This document shows, in pieces, positions 48,531 through 59,462 of a DNA stretch of 64,000 nucleotides. This stretch comes from Candidatus Woykebacteria bacterium (GTDB lineage: Bacteria; Patescibacteriota; Microgenomatia; Woykebacterales; RBG-16-39-9b), in contig JBBDPM010000006.1 in assembly GCA_040876345.1 (NCBI GenBank), forward strand, positions 392,547-456,546. Reading direction: 5' to 3'. Both the position numbers and the translations under genes were made by a program. Positions within the stretch are counted from its first letter, which is position 1, and every line of letters begins with the position of its first letter. The notes under the pieces are model-generated. The model made no database searches. It was not told where the DNA came from and worked only from the letters and a program-made list of their open reading frames with translations.

Positions 48531-48734
48531 TTAGTACAGGTCTGCTAAGGATTTGATTTTTTTCACTTTGCCGACTCGTTCTTCCTCAATTGATTTTTTT
48601 AGACCATTGAGAAACTCTTCGCGGTAAGCACCTTGCGATTCAAGTATATTTTCAGTGAGATCGGAGAGCTCAGAGCTTAATTTGTGGATTTTTTTAATTT
48701 CTTTGGTAGAAACAGTTGTGGATGCTTTTTCCAT
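48531..48734 (-). CDS. Putative antitoxin
   Basis: Small gene upstream of relE; TATAAT close to the ATG. Confidence 0.7.
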   Translation of the reverse strand: MEKASTTVSTKEIKKIHKLSSELSDLTENILESQGAYREEFLNGLKKSIEEERVGKVKKIKSLADLY

Positions 48735-49137
48735 ATCAAAGCCATTATAGCTCAAAGGAGGGATTCATATCGTCCGATAGTCAGGAGGGCATACAGCACT
48801 TGTCCACCTCGATTGTCGAGATACCGGCACACGAAAAACCGTTGTTACAGAACTGGCCCCTTCAGCGCCGGATTATCGTGGCGGAGCTCTCAAATATGTT
48901 TGGCGAGATTGCCAAGCACGCTCACGAGGAAATGGTCTTGCTGCAGAACAGCTAGATCTCACCCGTGAGCTAGTAGGACGACAACGTCGACAGAAACTTC
49001 CACGGGGAATGGCAGACACTTTCGTGTCCGCCCTCTTCCCCTCAATGGCTGCATCCGCCAACTGGCGGAGATCTACCTCTACGTGGTGCAGCTAGATACG
49101 TTCGACAGTCTCAGTACTGTGGAACTAACTAAAGATC

Positions 49138-49184
49138 AAAAAGAATGACGACCCGTTCGACTACGCTCAGGGTCGTTTTTCTTT
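49138..49184. terminator. Bidirectional terminator with a short repeat in its loop
   Basis: aaagaatgacgaccc-[gttcgactacgctca]-gggtcgtttttcttt. Confidence 0.7.
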
Positions 49185-49191
49185 GGGTTAC

Positions 49192-49455
49192 TTAATAAAC
49201 TTGATTGTGGGTGCCGATGTCGTACAGCCAAAGCTCGTTACCAACTACTTTGTAAACCACTCTTACATCTCCCGAAATTGAAAAGGCTCGGTAGCTGCTT
49301 AGCTTTCCAATAAGTTTGTGATCTTTTAAAGTAGGTTGGTCTGGATCGTCGACGAACTGTTTTAACCGGGTTTGAAATTTAGAAACAAGCTTGGGGTTGT
49401 GGATTATTCGTTTCTGGTAATTCTTAACAAAAGTTTTATGAACCTTTATTTGCAT
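49192..49455 (-). CDS. RelE/YafQ-family mRNA interferase
   Basis: F.K.Y.K...L.DH.L.G....R.FSI.GD.R..Y....IGTH.QVY. Confidence 0.9.
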   Translation of the reverse strand: MQIKVHKTFVKNYQKRIIHNPKLVSKFQTRLKQFVDDPDQPTLKDHKLIGKLSSYRAFSISGDVRVVYKVVGNELWLYDIGTHNQVY

Positions 49456-49726
49456 CCAATTTGGCTATCAAGTCTGACACATTTTTCGCAGAAACGATAT
49501 TTTTATTCTTTTCAAAATCAGCAGTTTGCTTTAAATAGCGGCGCTCCGAATTGCCTGACAGTTTAACAGTTTCCTGTATCATAATCTCAAGTTTATCAGC
49601 AGCCAGTTTTGTCAAGAAAATTCTTATAGATTCCTGCAGGGAAGAAAATCCCTGACGAGTAGCGGCTTTCTCGGCCCTTTCTTTTAAATCTTTCGAGACT
49701 GGAACTTGCAAGATCGACTTAGTCAT
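49436..49726 (-). CDS. RelB/DinJ-like antitoxin
   Basis: RHH-like LQVPV..DLK..AE..A...G; overlaps the toxin start. Confidence 0.8.
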   Translation of the reverse strand: MTKSILQVPVSKDLKERAEKAATRQGFSSLQESIRIFLTKLAADKLEIMIQETVKLSGNSERRYLKQTADFEKNKNIVSAKNVSDLIAKLDANKGS

Positions 49727-49760
49727 AATATAATTATATAGTTTTGGTAATAGTTGTCAA

Positions 49761-50300
49761 CTACTTTTTATACTCTTCTTTTACATCTTCTCCAAACTCT
49801 TTGTAGAGTTTTGTTATCTTAGGATCGATGACAACAGTGCAGTAGCCGGCGGTTCGATTTTTTTCGTAGTATTCTTGGTGATAGCCTTCGGCCGGGAAGA
49901 AATTTTTAAATGGGGCTATTTCCGTAACAATCTTGCCTTGATAAGCTTTACTGTTAAGATCTTCCTTCACTTTTTCGGCAACCTTTCTCTGCCCTTCATC
50001 GTGATAAAAGACCATCGATCGATACTGAGTACCAATATCAGCCCCTTGTTGGTTTTTACTAGTCGGGTCATGAAGTTTGAAGAAAACTTCGAGGAGTTTT
50101 TCGTACGAGATAATTTTTGGGTCAAACTTTATTTGGATTGCTTCAGCGTGCCCAGTAGTACCTTCGGACACTCTGTGATAGGAAGGGTTTTCCATATCGC
50201 CTCCGGAATAGCCGGAAACGACAGACTCTACTCCTTTCAATCTTTTAAAAATCGCCTCGGTACACCAAAAACAGCCCGCAGCTAGAGTTGTAGTTTCCAT
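49761..50300 (-). CDS. msrA: Peptide methionine sulfoxide reductase A
   Basis: GCFWC, GHAE, HDPT, QG.D.G.QYRS, AE.YHQ.Y. Confidence 0.96.
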   Translation of the reverse strand: METTTLAAGCFWCTEAIFKRLKGVESVVSGYSGGDMENPSYHRVSEGTTGHAEAIQIKFDPKIISYEKLLEVFFKLHDPTSKNQQGADIGTQYRSMVFYHDEGQRKVAEKVKEDLNSKAYQGKIVTEIAPFKNFFPAEGYHQEYYEKNRTAGYCTVVIDPKITKLYKEFGEDVKEEYKK

Positions 50301-50360
50301 CGCTTTTGAATTATCTAATATCAAGCCGTATATTTCAATTATTTGTGGTATTATTGGTCT

Positions 50361-52235
50361 ATGCCGGCAAGTACTGATATAAAAAGGTTGAGGGAACTGG
50401 CAAAACTTGTCCGCTACTACATAATTAGGGGAACTACTAAAGCTGGCTCTGGCCACCCAACCTCGTCTTTATCAGCCACCGATCTAATGACCGCTCTCTT
50501 CTTTCACACACTTCGGTTTGATTTGAAAAACCCCTCTCACCCAAACAACGACCGCGTTATTTTTTCCAAAGGCCACGCTTCCCCATTACTCTACGCTCTC
50601 TATGCTGCGGCTGGCTCAATTAGTGAAAAAGAGATAGATAGTCTGCGCAAGTTTGGCAGCCCTTTGGAAGGCCACCCAACACCAAATTTTAAATATGTTG
50701 AAGTGTCTAGCGGATCATTAGGGCAGGGATTATCGGTCGGTTTTGGCATGGCCCTAAACGCTAAATATTTGGATAAACTCCCTTATAAAACTTATGTACT
50801 TCTGGGGGATTCAGAAATGGCCGAGGGTAGTGTTTGGGAAGCAATCGAACTTTCATCTTACTACAGGCTCGATAATTTAATCGGGATTATAGACGTTAAC
50901 AGGCTGGGACAGTCTCAAGAAACAATGCTCGGTCATCATGTTGAAGAATACCGAAAAAGGGTTGAGTCCTTTGGCTGGAGTGTAAAAGTGGTCGACGGCC
51001 ATAAACTAGAGCAAATTGTTTCAGCTTATGATACTGTCAACTCGACCAATGGCAAACCCACTATGATAGTGGCCAAGACAATCAAAGGCAAGGGTGTTTC
51101 ATTCTTAGAAGACAAGGGGGGCTGGCACGGAAAGGCGTTATCTGCTGAGGATTATGAGAAGGCTATAAAAGAATTAGGCGAGATCGATATGGGCGTCAAA
51201 ATGTCGATCAAAAAGCCTAGTGATCTTAAAGCTAAAAAAGTTATAGCAGCAAAGAAAATCGAACCAGTCAACTACAAAAAGGGTGAGAAAGTGGCTACAA
51301 GAAAGGCATATGGAAACGCGCTAAAAAGGCTCGGTGGTTACTACACAAACGTAGTTAGTTTGGACGGTGAAACTAAAAATTCAACCTTCGCTGAAATTTT
51401 CAAAGAGGTCTATCCAGAAAGATTTTTTGAAATGTTTATTGCTGAACAAAACATGGTTGGGGCGGCCTTGGGTTTATCAAAACGGGGTAAAATCCCCTTC
51501 GTCTCCACTTTTGCTGCTTTTTTGACAAGAGCTTACGATCAAATTCGGATGGCCAGTTATTCCAAACCAAATATAAAATTCATCGGTTCCCACGCTGGAG
51601 TTTCTATCGGTGAGGACGGGCCAAGTCAAATGGCCCTTGAAGACCTTGCGATGTTCCGGGCAATCGCCGAAAGTATAGTTCTTTACCCCTCTGATGCAGT
51701 CTCCACCGAAAAAATGGTCGAGGAGGCGATAAAAAATACTGGGCTTTTTTACATTCGGGCGAGTAGGCCGGCAACAGAGGTAATTTACGCAAACTCGGAA
51801 AGATTTCCAGTGGGTGGAAGTAAAGTGGTATTAAAAAGCAAAAACGACTCTATCACAGTGGTAGCTTGCGGAGTAACTCTATTCGAAGCGCTGAAAGCGG
51901 CGGATATTCTTTCGAAGAAGAGTGTAAATATCCGCGTGATTGATGCCTACTCAATTAAGCCAATTGATAAAAAGAGCTTAAAAAAAGCAGCTGCTGAGAC
52001 TAACAATTTACTCATTACCGTAGAGGATCACCGAATCGAAGGTGGGCTTGGCGACTCTGTGCTTGAGGCACTGTCAGATACTCCCAACAAAGTGTATAAA
52101 TTAGCGGTCACAAAAATCCCAACTTCAGGAAAACCGGAAGAACTTTTAGATCTTGAAGGGATTTCGGCAAAAGCACTTGCTCAAAAAGTTCTCGCGGTGC
52201 TAAAGTCAAAAGGCAATGAAAAAAGGCGACCTTAA
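50361..52235 (+). CDS. tkt: Transketolase
   Basis: SGHPTS, GSLGQG, GDSE..EG, IAEQNM, GEDG.SQM. Confidence 0.95.
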   Translation: MPASTDIKRLRELAKLVRYYIIRGTTKAGSGHPTSSLSATDLMTALFFHTLRFDLKNPSHPNNDRVIFSKGHASPLLYALYAAAGSISEKEIDSLRKFGSPLEGHPTPNFKYVEVSSGSLGQGLSVGFGMALNAKYLDKLPYKTYVLLGDSEMAEGSVWEAIELSSYYRLDNLIGIIDVNRLGQSQETMLGHHVEEYRKRVESFGWSVKVVDGHKLEQIVSAYDTVNSTNGKPTMIVAKTIKGKGVSFLEDKGGWHGKALSAEDYEKAIKELGEIDMGVKMSIKKPSDLKAKKVIAAKKIEPVNYKKGEKVATRKAYGNALKRLGGYYTNVVSLDGETKNSTFAEIFKEVYPERFFEMFIAEQNMVGAALGLSKRGKIPFVSTFAAFLTRAYDQIRMASYSKPNIKFIGSHAGVSIGEDGPSQMALEDLAMFRAIAESIVLYPSDAVSTEKMVEEAIKNTGLFYIRASRPATEVIYANSERFPVGGSKVVLKSKNDSITVVACGVTLFEALKAADILSKKSVNIRVIDAYSIKPIDKKSLKKAAAETNNLLITVEDHRIEGGLGDSVLEALSDTPNKVYKLAVTKIPTSGKPEELLDLEGISAKALAQKVLAVLKSKGNEKRRP

Positions 52236-53076
52236 ATCCAAAATTTTCGTCGATGGTGGGGATCCGGATGAGACAAGAGAAGCCAAAAAGCTACTTGGTT
52301 TTGTTGACGGCCAAACTACAAATCCAACCTTAATCTCAAAGAATCCCGATGTTCAAAAAAGGCTTGATAGCGGCAAAAAATTTACTGAGAAAGAAGCCTA
52401 CAAATTTTATAGGGAAGTTGTGGAAGAACTTGCAAAAATTACTGAGGGGCCCATATCAATAGAGGTCTACGCCGACCATAGTACACCTTACGAAAAAATG
52501 CTCGCTCAAGGCCGAGAGATGTTTACCTGGATACCAAATGCTTACGTAAAATTCCCAACAACAAAAGAGGGGTTAAAAGCCGCGTCAACTGTGGTGAAAG
52601 AAGGGCTTAGGGTAAACATGACCCTTTGCTTTTCCCAAGAACAAGCGGCTGCCGTTTACGCCGCCACCCTTGGTACAAAAGAACCAGCGTTTGTTTCCCC
52701 TTTCGTCGGTAGATTTGATGACAGAGGAGAAAACGGTATGGGCCTAATTGAAAATATCTTGAAAATGTACGAAAAAGGTGATGGTCACGTTCTTGCATTG
52801 ACTGCATCCGTCCGCAACGTCGCTCACCTTCTCTACGCGATAAAGCTTGGCTCCCCACTAATCACAGCTCCATTCAAAGTTATCAAGGACTGGTCCGAAA
52901 AAGGACTTACGTTGCCTGATGAGAATTTTGGTTACAATCCAAAGGGCTTAAAACCGATTCCATACAAAGAAATTCCCCTGGACAAAACCTGGACCGAATA
53001 CAACATCCAACATGATCTAACAGACACTGGAATCAAAAGATTTTCAGAAGATTGGAACCAACTAGTCCAAAATTAG
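52216..53076 (+). CDS. tal: Transaldolase family protein
   Basis: GQTTNP, VK.P.T..GL.A, N.TL.FS, SPFVGR.DD. Confidence 0.92.
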   Translation: MKKGDLKSKIFVDGGDPDETREAKKLLGFVDGQTTNPTLISKNPDVQKRLDSGKKFTEKEAYKFYREVVEELAKITEGPISIEVYADHSTPYEKMLAQGREMFTWIPNAYVKFPTTKEGLKAASTVVKEGLRVNMTLCFSQEQAAAVYAATLGTKEPAFVSPFVGRFDDRGENGMGLIENILKMYEKGDGHVLALTASVRNVAHLLYAIKLGSPLITAPFKVIKDWSEKGLTLPDENFGYNPKGLKPIPYKEIPLDKTWTEYNIQHDLTDTGIKRFSEDWNQLVQN

Positions 53077-53084
53077 TATCAGCT

Positions 53085-53243
53085 AAAGAAAAACCACCCT
53101 TTCGGATCGCTCCTCCTAACAGGATCTCAAATGCTAAAAGGCACCTGATAACTGGTTCTAATATGTAGATACTTCAGGGCATTTCTGCAATGACAGTTAC
53201 AAATACAATTATCACCAGTTATAAGATGCCTTTAAAGAACAGG
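53085..53243 (-). ncRNA. Putative rod-shaped small RNA (SRP- or 6S-like architecture, unassigned)
   Basis: Promoter TTGACT-17-TACAAT (53275-53247); rod 53136-53233 with GCA-GAAA-TGC apex; GAAA hairpin and U-tract at the end. Confidence 0.55.
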
Positions 53244-53323
53244 TTAATTGTATCATATTTTTACCCTATAGTCAAGTTTGGTGAGAAGTAGACGTGGTGT
53301 CCGCATCAAACGCGACTGATATG

Positions 53324-53797
53324 TTAAACGTGTCTGTCGGCTACTTTAGTAGCACCGAAGGACTCTGGCTTTATTTTATATTCAAATCCGCTTCCTAGCA
53401 CCATCCCAGTCACCCAACGAATCATATCGCGGGTTACGCCATCCTCCCCGACATCCAGGTGAACTTCTGGCTCATACCCGGAAAGGCCGTTGTGCTGGAA
53501 GGTATCCCGTATTTTCCAGGCAAGTTCAATCGAAAATTGAGTTTCTTTTGCTATTCTCTCTGGCAAAGAAAATACTTTCTGGATATTGTTTTTTTGCCAA
53601 AAATATACCCCACCCTTACCGATTCGGTGAGCAATAATAGCTGTGGCAAACTCCACGTGTGAATTACGGGCTTCAGAATCCGTCCCGACAATTACTTTGT
53701 ATTTGAAACTCGAATCCTTTTTTATATACTCGGCTACTTTTTCGATGACTTCTTCGTAGTCCAAAGGTCCGAATGTTGGCGAGGTAAACTTATCCAT
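53324..53797 (-). CDS. YkuK/DUF458 RNase H-like protein
   Basis: VGTDS, HR.GKGG.YF, E.H.D.G..G.T, IKP.S..A..VAD. Confidence 0.88.
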   Translation of the reverse strand: MDKFTSPTFGPLDYEEVIEKVAEYIKKDSSFKYKVIVGTDSEARNSHVEFATAIIAHRIGKGGVYFWQKNNIQKVFSLPERIAKETQFSIELAWKIRDTFQHNGLSGYEPEVHLDVGEDGVTRDMIRWVTGMVLGSGFEYKIKPESFGATKVADRHV

Positions 53798-53819
53798 AAC
53801 GCAACATTGTACTATTTTT

Positions 53820-54290
53820 TCAAAAAATTTCCAAGTTTAAGAAGCTTTCTACTAAAGCTATTCCACCACCCCAAAAGACTCCTGTCCAAAAAAATGAGTT
53901 TGCGAAGCAGCTAGCCACAAGAAGTAGTTTTACTTTTGCGCCTTTAAAATTTAGTAACCTAAAGGCAAGTGCTACCGGAAATGGCCCGACTGTAAAAACT
54001 AGCGGGATAAAGGCTGATATTGTCCCAATTTTCAAAGCTTTTTGATAATGGGCTGGTAGTCTCCGACTCCACTTATTAATTTTATCTAAAGATTCCTCCT
54101 TTGTAATTTCGTCGAAGAAGTAAATTACGAGAATCGAGGCTAGTGACGCCATTATCAATGTGGCGGGTATTACCCCAAAAAGTAAAATAAAAGCCGGTGT
54201 GAGAAACTTAAACAGCGTAATTGGGAGAGGCCCGTTTATAGGCCCTGGCCAAATTATTGCGGCGATAGCTAGATGGGGATGCTTGAACAC
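53820..54290 (-). CDS. Hypothetical membrane protein
   Basis: GTG immediately after the rpoD stop; about 4 hydrophobic segments. Confidence 0.6.
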   Translation of the reverse strand: MFKHPHLAIAAIIWPGPINGPLPITLFKFLTPAFILLFGVIPATLIMASLASILVIYFFDEITKEESLDKINKWSRRLPAHYQKALKIGTISAFIPLVFTVGPFPVALAFRLLNFKGAKVKLLLVASCFANSFFWTGVFWGGGIALVESFLNLEIF

Positions 54291-54291
54291 T

Positions 54292-55356
54292 TTACTCCAG
54301 GTAATCTTTGAGTTTCTTTGAACGTGTTGGATGGCGGAGCTTCCGAAGGGCTTTGGCCTCAATTTGCCGGATTCTTTCGCGCGTTACTCCAAATTCTCTA
54401 CCGACTTCTTCAAGAGTTCTTTGCCGGCCATCTTCCAAGCCAAAACGAAGCTTCAAGACTTTCTTTTCTCGGTCGTTAAGAGTGTCAAGCACCTCAGAAA
54501 GATGCGATTTCAAAAGTTCGACGCTAGCTTGATCCTCAGGACGGATTTCCTCATCGGGAATAAAATCTCCCAAGGTTGAGTCTTTCTCTTCACCGACTGG
54601 TGCTTCTAAGCTTGTTGGTTGCTGGGATACTTTAATAATTTCGCGAACTTTTTCCGGCTCAATACCCATCTCGGCCGCTATCTCCTCAGGCCTTGCTTCT
54701 CTACCAAGCTCCTGCATTAACATACGGCTAACTCTAATAAATCGGTTGATAGTTTCAACCATGTGGACTGGTATTCTGATTGTCCGGGCTTGATCGGCAA
54801 TTGCCCGGGTAATAGCCTGACGAATCCACCAAGTAGCGTAAGTTGAAAACTTGAAGCCCTTCCGATAATCGAATTTCTCGACTGCCCGCATCAAGCCGAT
54901 ATTGCCCTCTTCAATTAGATCAAGTAGAGATAGACCTCTGCCCACATATTTTTTAGCGATGGAGACAACCAACCTCAAGTTGGAATTAATTAGTCTTTCC
55001 TTAGCTTTTGGATCTCCCCTCTCCACTCTTTTCGCAAGTTCGGTCTCATCGGCAGCAGAAAGTAGCGACACTCTTCCAATTTCCTTCAAATACATACGAA
55101 CAGGGTCTGTGATGGAAACTTTTTCCAAAGTTTCAAGAACATCCAACTCTTTTTCCATATCGGCTCCCTTCTTTTCCTCACCTATCTCAAAGACATCGAC
55201 CCCTTCTTCGGCAAGTTTAGTGTAAAGCTCATCCAGCGCTTGAATATCAGCTTCGGCTTCCGGAAAAACCTCGAGAATATCATCTTGGGTTAGAAACCCT
55301 TGATTTTTACCTTTTTTTAGAAGATCTTGAATCGGTGTGGTGGTTGATTTTGCCAT
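54292..55356 (-). CDS. rpoD: Primary sigma factor RpoD/SigA
   Basis: [39 protein letters not shown]. Confidence 0.98.
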   Translation of the reverse strand: MAKSTTTPIQDLLKKGKNQGFLTQDDILEVFPEAEADIQALDELYTKLAEEGVDVFEIGEEKKGADMEKELDVLETLEKVSITDPVRMYLKEIGRVSLLSAADETELAKRVERGDPKAKERLINSNLRLVVSIAKKYVGRGLSLLDLIEEGNIGLMRAVEKFDYRKGFKFSTYATWWIRQAITRAIADQARTIRIPVHMVETINRFIRVSRMLMQELGREARPEEIAAEMGIEPEKVREIIKVSQQPTSLEAPVGEEKDSTLGDFIPDEEIRPEDQASVELLKSHLSEVLDTLNDREKKVLKLRFGLEDGRQRTLEEVGREFGVTRERIRQIEAKALRKLRHPTRSKKLKDYLE

Positions 55357-55358
55357 CT

Positions 55359-57119
55359 CTATTTACTAGATTTATACTGCGAGAGTTGTAGGGAAAGATC
55401 TCGGAACTCCTCTGTTAGGGCCCGTATCTTTTGAGATTCCGAAATAGCCTCGGCCTGTTTAATTTCTAATCCTAGCCTACGAAGCTTTGATCGTAAGTTT
55501 AACTCTTTAATGCGAGCGACGCAAGAGGAAATCTCACTTTGGGAAAGCTCGTGTTGATCTAAAATCTTTTCGTCAATTTCATATAAAATTACCTCATCGT
55601 ATGTAGGGGATAGCTCTTCTGGAATTTGTACCGAGAGTTTCTTTAATCTTATCGCTCCTTCTCTTTTATAATGCTCTTTGATGAGGGTGAAAAGTTTCGC
55701 GATATTTGGATCATTTAATTCTTCACTACTCATATCCGGAAGAATCCCCGTCTGTAATATTAGAGCAAGTAGATACTTTTCTAAAACACCTAATTTATCT
55801 TCGGCTTCGATTCTATCATTGGCGAAATCGCCCCTTGCCTCAACTGTATCCTCCCTTCCTGAATATTTTTTTAGATCAAGTCTCAGAGCCTCTTCGCTAA
55901 CTTTTAAACTCGCTGAAATCTTGCGGACATAATACTCCTTAGTAACCGCGTCTTGTATCGAGACTATAAAGGGTACAACTTCCTTTAATATTTGCTTTTT
56001 GCCTTCCACCTCATCTGGACTCCATTTTCGCAAAGCGCTAATAATAACAAAATCATAGACAGGTACTGCCTCCTTTATTTTTTTCTTCCATAAAGTCGGG
56101 TCTTTCTTAATAATTTCGTCCGGATCTTTCTCCGTTCCCAAATCGATAACTTTTACGGAAAGTCCTTTGCTTTCGGCAATTTCAATTCCTCTTTTGGCAG
56201 CTGCAACACCGGCAATATCAGTGTCAAACCCAATTAAAACACTCTCGGAAAACCTCGCCAGAATATCTACTTGCCGTTCGGTAAGAGCTGTTCCCAAAGG
56301 GGCGACCACATTGGTAACGCCAACTTGATGAGACGATAATACATCAAGGTTTCCCTCCACTAAAATTGCGGTTTTTTGTTTTCTAATTTCCTCTTTGGCC
56401 AAATCTATACCGTAAAGAGAGTTGCTCTTATTAAAGACTGGTGTGTCTGGTGAATTTAAATACTTTGGCTCTCTTGAACCAAGGGCTCTGGCCGAAAATC
56501 CCAACACTCGCCCTTGAATATCCTTAATGGGGAAGGTTATTCTGCCTCTGAATCTATCAGTTAACCTACCATTTTTTGGCAACACTAGACCAGCCAAAGT
56601 TAAATCTGCTCCAACAAAACCTTTCTTCAACAAAAAATTGGTGACTACTTCTCTTTCCGGCGCAAATCCAAGTTGAAATTTTTTTATTATGGCGTCGTTT
56701 ATTTTTCTTGCGTACAAATAATCTAGAGCTATCTTGCCAGCTTTGTGTTTCATCAACAGATAGTGAAACAGCTCCGAGGCTACCCGATTAGCCGAAAAGA
56801 TTTTCTCTTTTTTCTTATCTGGCTCTCCCAAATTAAATTTCTTAAGAGTTATGCCTGCCCTAGCAGCTAACTTTTTAAGTGCGTCAGCAAATTCGACCCC
56901 GTCTATTTTTTTCACGAAGGCAAAAACATCACCGCCTTCATTGCAACCAAAGCATTTGAAAATTTGTCTGTCTGGGCTAACCACAAAAGAAGGGGTTTTT
57001 TCCGAGTGAAATGGGCACAAACCCTTATAGTTTCTGCCGGTCTTTTTCAAAGGGACATATCCACTAATCAACGAAACTATATCAGATCTTTGTTTAATTT
57101 CTTCAATCTCGTTTTCCAT
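55359..57119 (-). CDS. dnaG: DNA primase
   Basis: CPFH..KTPSF..C..C zinc finger, KYLNSP, TOPRIM VEG..D / D.D. Confidence 0.97.
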   Translation of the reverse strand: MENEIEEIKQRSDIVSLISGYVPLKKTGRNYKGLCPFHSEKTPSFVVSPDRQIFKCFGCNEGGDVFAFVKKIDGVEFADALKKLAARAGITLKKFNLGEPDKKKEKIFSANRVASELFHYLLMKHKAGKIALDYLYARKINDAIIKKFQLGFAPEREVVTNFLLKKGFVGADLTLAGLVLPKNGRLTDRFRGRITFPIKDIQGRVLGFSARALGSREPKYLNSPDTPVFNKSNSLYGIDLAKEEIRKQKTAILVEGNLDVLSSHQVGVTNVVAPLGTALTERQVDILARFSESVLIGFDTDIAGVAAAKRGIEIAESKGLSVKVIDLGTEKDPDEIIKKDPTLWKKKIKEAVPVYDFVIISALRKWSPDEVEGKKQILKEVVPFIVSIQDAVTKEYYVRKISASLKVSEEALRLDLKKYSGREDTVEARGDFANDRIEAEDKLGVLEKYLLALILQTGILPDMSSEELNDPNIAKLFTLIKEHYKREGAIRLKKLSVQIPEELSPTYDEVILYEIDEKILDQHELSQSEISSCVARIKELNLRSKLRRLGLEIKQAEAISESQKIRALTEEFRDLSLQLSQYKSSK

Positions 57120-57216
57120 CACAGGCATTATATGCCACGCATACAAGGCGTGTCATGTAATGACCAGCATTATACTACTTATTAATTAACCATAAGGAGA
57201 TATCGACGAGGCAGAA

Positions 57217-59400
57217 TTAGATCACTAAGTTCTGTAGTAGAGCTCTCGCGTCCCTAACTGACTTTAAATTGAATCTGGCCTTTGAACTCCCTAAGCCGAC
57301 TTTAATTGAATAAGCACCGCCCGGAAGCTGGCCAAAAATATCCTCGTCAGTTACATCATCTCCTAAAGCCAGTACAAAATCCCACTTTTTACTACCTAAA
57401 AACCCTATCGTAGCTCTCCCCTTATTTATTTGGTCGCTTTTGATTTCGACCACTTTGCTCCCTTCCAAATATTGAAGGTTAAAATTAGGAGTAAGACCAT
57501 TTAAGGTTGCGGAAAGTTCCCGGCATCTTATCATTCCAAGACCAGGATCTACCTTTCGGTAATGCCAAGCAAGAGAAAAATCTTTCTCTTCTATGAATGA
57601 TCCTGGGGTTCGGTCAACATACCTTACCAAGATTGGGTAAATTTCTTTCTTCCAATCAGAAGAGATATTATCTACAAGGTCCCATTCTTTGTTTTTTTCT
57701 TTTATCCAGGCTCCGTGCTCCGCTACTAAGTTGAGGGGTAAATCACCAAACCATTCATCCAATGTTTCCTTATTTCTACCGCTTATAATAACTAGCTCGT
57801 TCTTCGTATCTTTAGACATAATACTCAACAAATTTAAAAGATCTTTATCTGGCTTCGCTTGCTCAGGCGTTGCCGCAAAAGTCACTAAAGTCCCGTCATA
57901 ATCTAGCAAAAGGAGTCTCTTTTTTGCTTTTGCATAATTTTGCGCCAAGTTGTCTCTTGAATCTTTATTTAAGATCTTTTTCTTGAGATTATCCTGAATA
58001 CACCTAATCTCTTCTAATCTTTCCAGAAAACTTTTAACCCACCATTTTTCAGTGTAGTGAGCTAATTCTTTTTGCATAAGCCTCACCCTAGATATCTTCT
58101 CTTCATCACTCATCGCAATACCTTTCTTCAAAGCTTCGACAATCTCATCCTTATTGTTAGGGTTTATTACTAATGCTTCTCCAAGTTCTTCGGCGGCACC
58201 GGCCATCTCACTTAAAATCAAAACTCCCCGGCCATCTCGCTTAGTAGCCACAAACTCCTTGGCAATTAGATTCATCCCATCCCTTATTGGGGTAACTAAG
58301 GCAACGTCCGCCACGCTGTAAAGAGCCGCAAGTTCCGTGAAGTCAAAAGTACGATACAGATACCAGATAGGGGTCCAGCCAACGTTTCCATATTTACCAT
58401 TAATTCTTCCAGTGAGCTCATCAACTTGTTTTTTTATAACTTGATACTCTTCAACCTTAGTGCGGGTCGGAGCAGCCAATAAAATAAAAACCACCTTATC
58501 GTGGGTGAGAGGATTTCTTTCCAAAAAATCACTATACGCCTCAAGCCTTTGGGGAATACCCTTTGTATAATCAAGCCTATCAACAGACAAAATCACTTTA
58601 CGATTTCCAATCTTTCTTTTTAATTTTGTAATTTCTGTCTGCACCTTGATATCTTTGTGAGCATTATTGAACTTTTCGTAATCAACACCCAAAGGGAAAG
58701 CATCTGCTTTTACAATGCGCTCTCCGGTGTTAATTTGGCCAAGAGAATGATCCAGTCCTAAAAGACGGTGAACACTGTTTAAAAAGTGACGCGCGTATTC
58801 ATAGGTATGAAATCCAATAACGTCTGCTCCAAGAAGTCCTTTTAAAATTTCTACCCGTTGGGGAAGAAGGCGAAAAAGTTCAAACGACGGAAAAGGTATA
58901 TGAAGAAAAAACCCAATTTTTGCATTTGGTAGTTTTTCTCGGAGAAGTGCGGGAAGAAGCATTAAGTGGTAATCATGAACCCAAATGGTATCTTTAGCTT
59001 CGGCATTTTCCAGTACCGCGTCCCGAAAGGATTCGTTAACCTTTTTGTAAGACTGCCAAAAACTCTTATTATAGGTGGCTGTTTTACTAAAATAGTGAAA
59101 AAGTGGCCAAATAGTACTATTGCAAAATCCGCCGTAATAATTCTCAATTTCTTTCTGGGATTGAAAAACAGGATAATAGTTGAAATTTGAAATTAGCTTT
59201 TTCTTTAATTCTCTCGCTTTTTTTTCCAGACTACTAATTATATAGGCTCCTGGCCAACCAACCCAAAGGTAGTTACCAGATTTCTGAAATGAATCCAAAC
59301 CTGAAGACAAACCACCAGCCGCGTGCGCAAATTTAAAACCTTCTTTTGTATTTTTAACTCTTATTGGTAGTCTATTTGAGACTAAAATTATTTTTGACAC
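57217..59400 (-). CDS. Bifunctional trehalose-6-phosphate synthase/phosphatase (OtsA-OtsB fusion)
   Basis: VSNRLP, WVHDYHL, DRLDYTKG, DGMNL, HAD DYDGTL, GDD.TDED; GTG start at 59400. Confidence 0.96.
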   Translation of the reverse strand: MSKIILVSNRLPIRVKNTKEGFKFAHAAGGLSSGLDSFQKSGNYLWVGWPGAYIISSLEKKARELKKKLISNFNYYPVFQSQKEIENYYGGFCNSTIWPLFHYFSKTATYNKSFWQSYKKVNESFRDAVLENAEAKDTIWVHDYHLMLLPALLREKLPNAKIGFFLHIPFPSFELFRLLPQRVEILKGLLGADVIGFHTYEYARHFLNSVHRLLGLDHSLGQINTGERIVKADAFPLGVDYEKFNNAHKDIKVQTEITKLKRKIGNRKVILSVDRLDYTKGIPQRLEAYSDFLERNPLTHDKVVFILLAAPTRTKVEEYQVIKKQVDELTGRINGKYGNVGWTPIWYLYRTFDFTELAALYSVADVALVTPIRDGMNLIAKEFVATKRDGRGVLILSEMAGAAEELGEALVINPNNKDEIVEALKKGIAMSDEEKISRVRLMQKELAHYTEKWWVKSFLERLEEIRCIQDNLKKKILNKDSRDNLAQNYAKAKKRLLLLDYDGTLVTFAATPEQAKPDKDLLNLLSIMSKDTKNELVIISGRNKETLDEWFGDLPLNLVAEHGAWIKEKNKEWDLVDNISSDWKKEIYPILVRYVDRTPGSFIEEKDFSLAWHYRKVDPGLGMIRCRELSATLNGLTPNFNLQYLEGSKVVEIKSDQINKGRATIGFLGSKKWDFVLALGDDVTDEDIFGQLPGGAYSIKVGLGSSKARFNLKSVRDARALLQNLVI

Positions 59401-59462
59401 TAGAATTTGTTTAAGCAGGCTTAACTTATGGCTTTGACCACCTGAACCCAAGGGGGCGAAGG

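Noticed and set aside
49761-50456. Long overlap of the msrA and tkt N-termini
   Set aside because: Real starts at 50300 and 50361 leave a short divergent promoter region.
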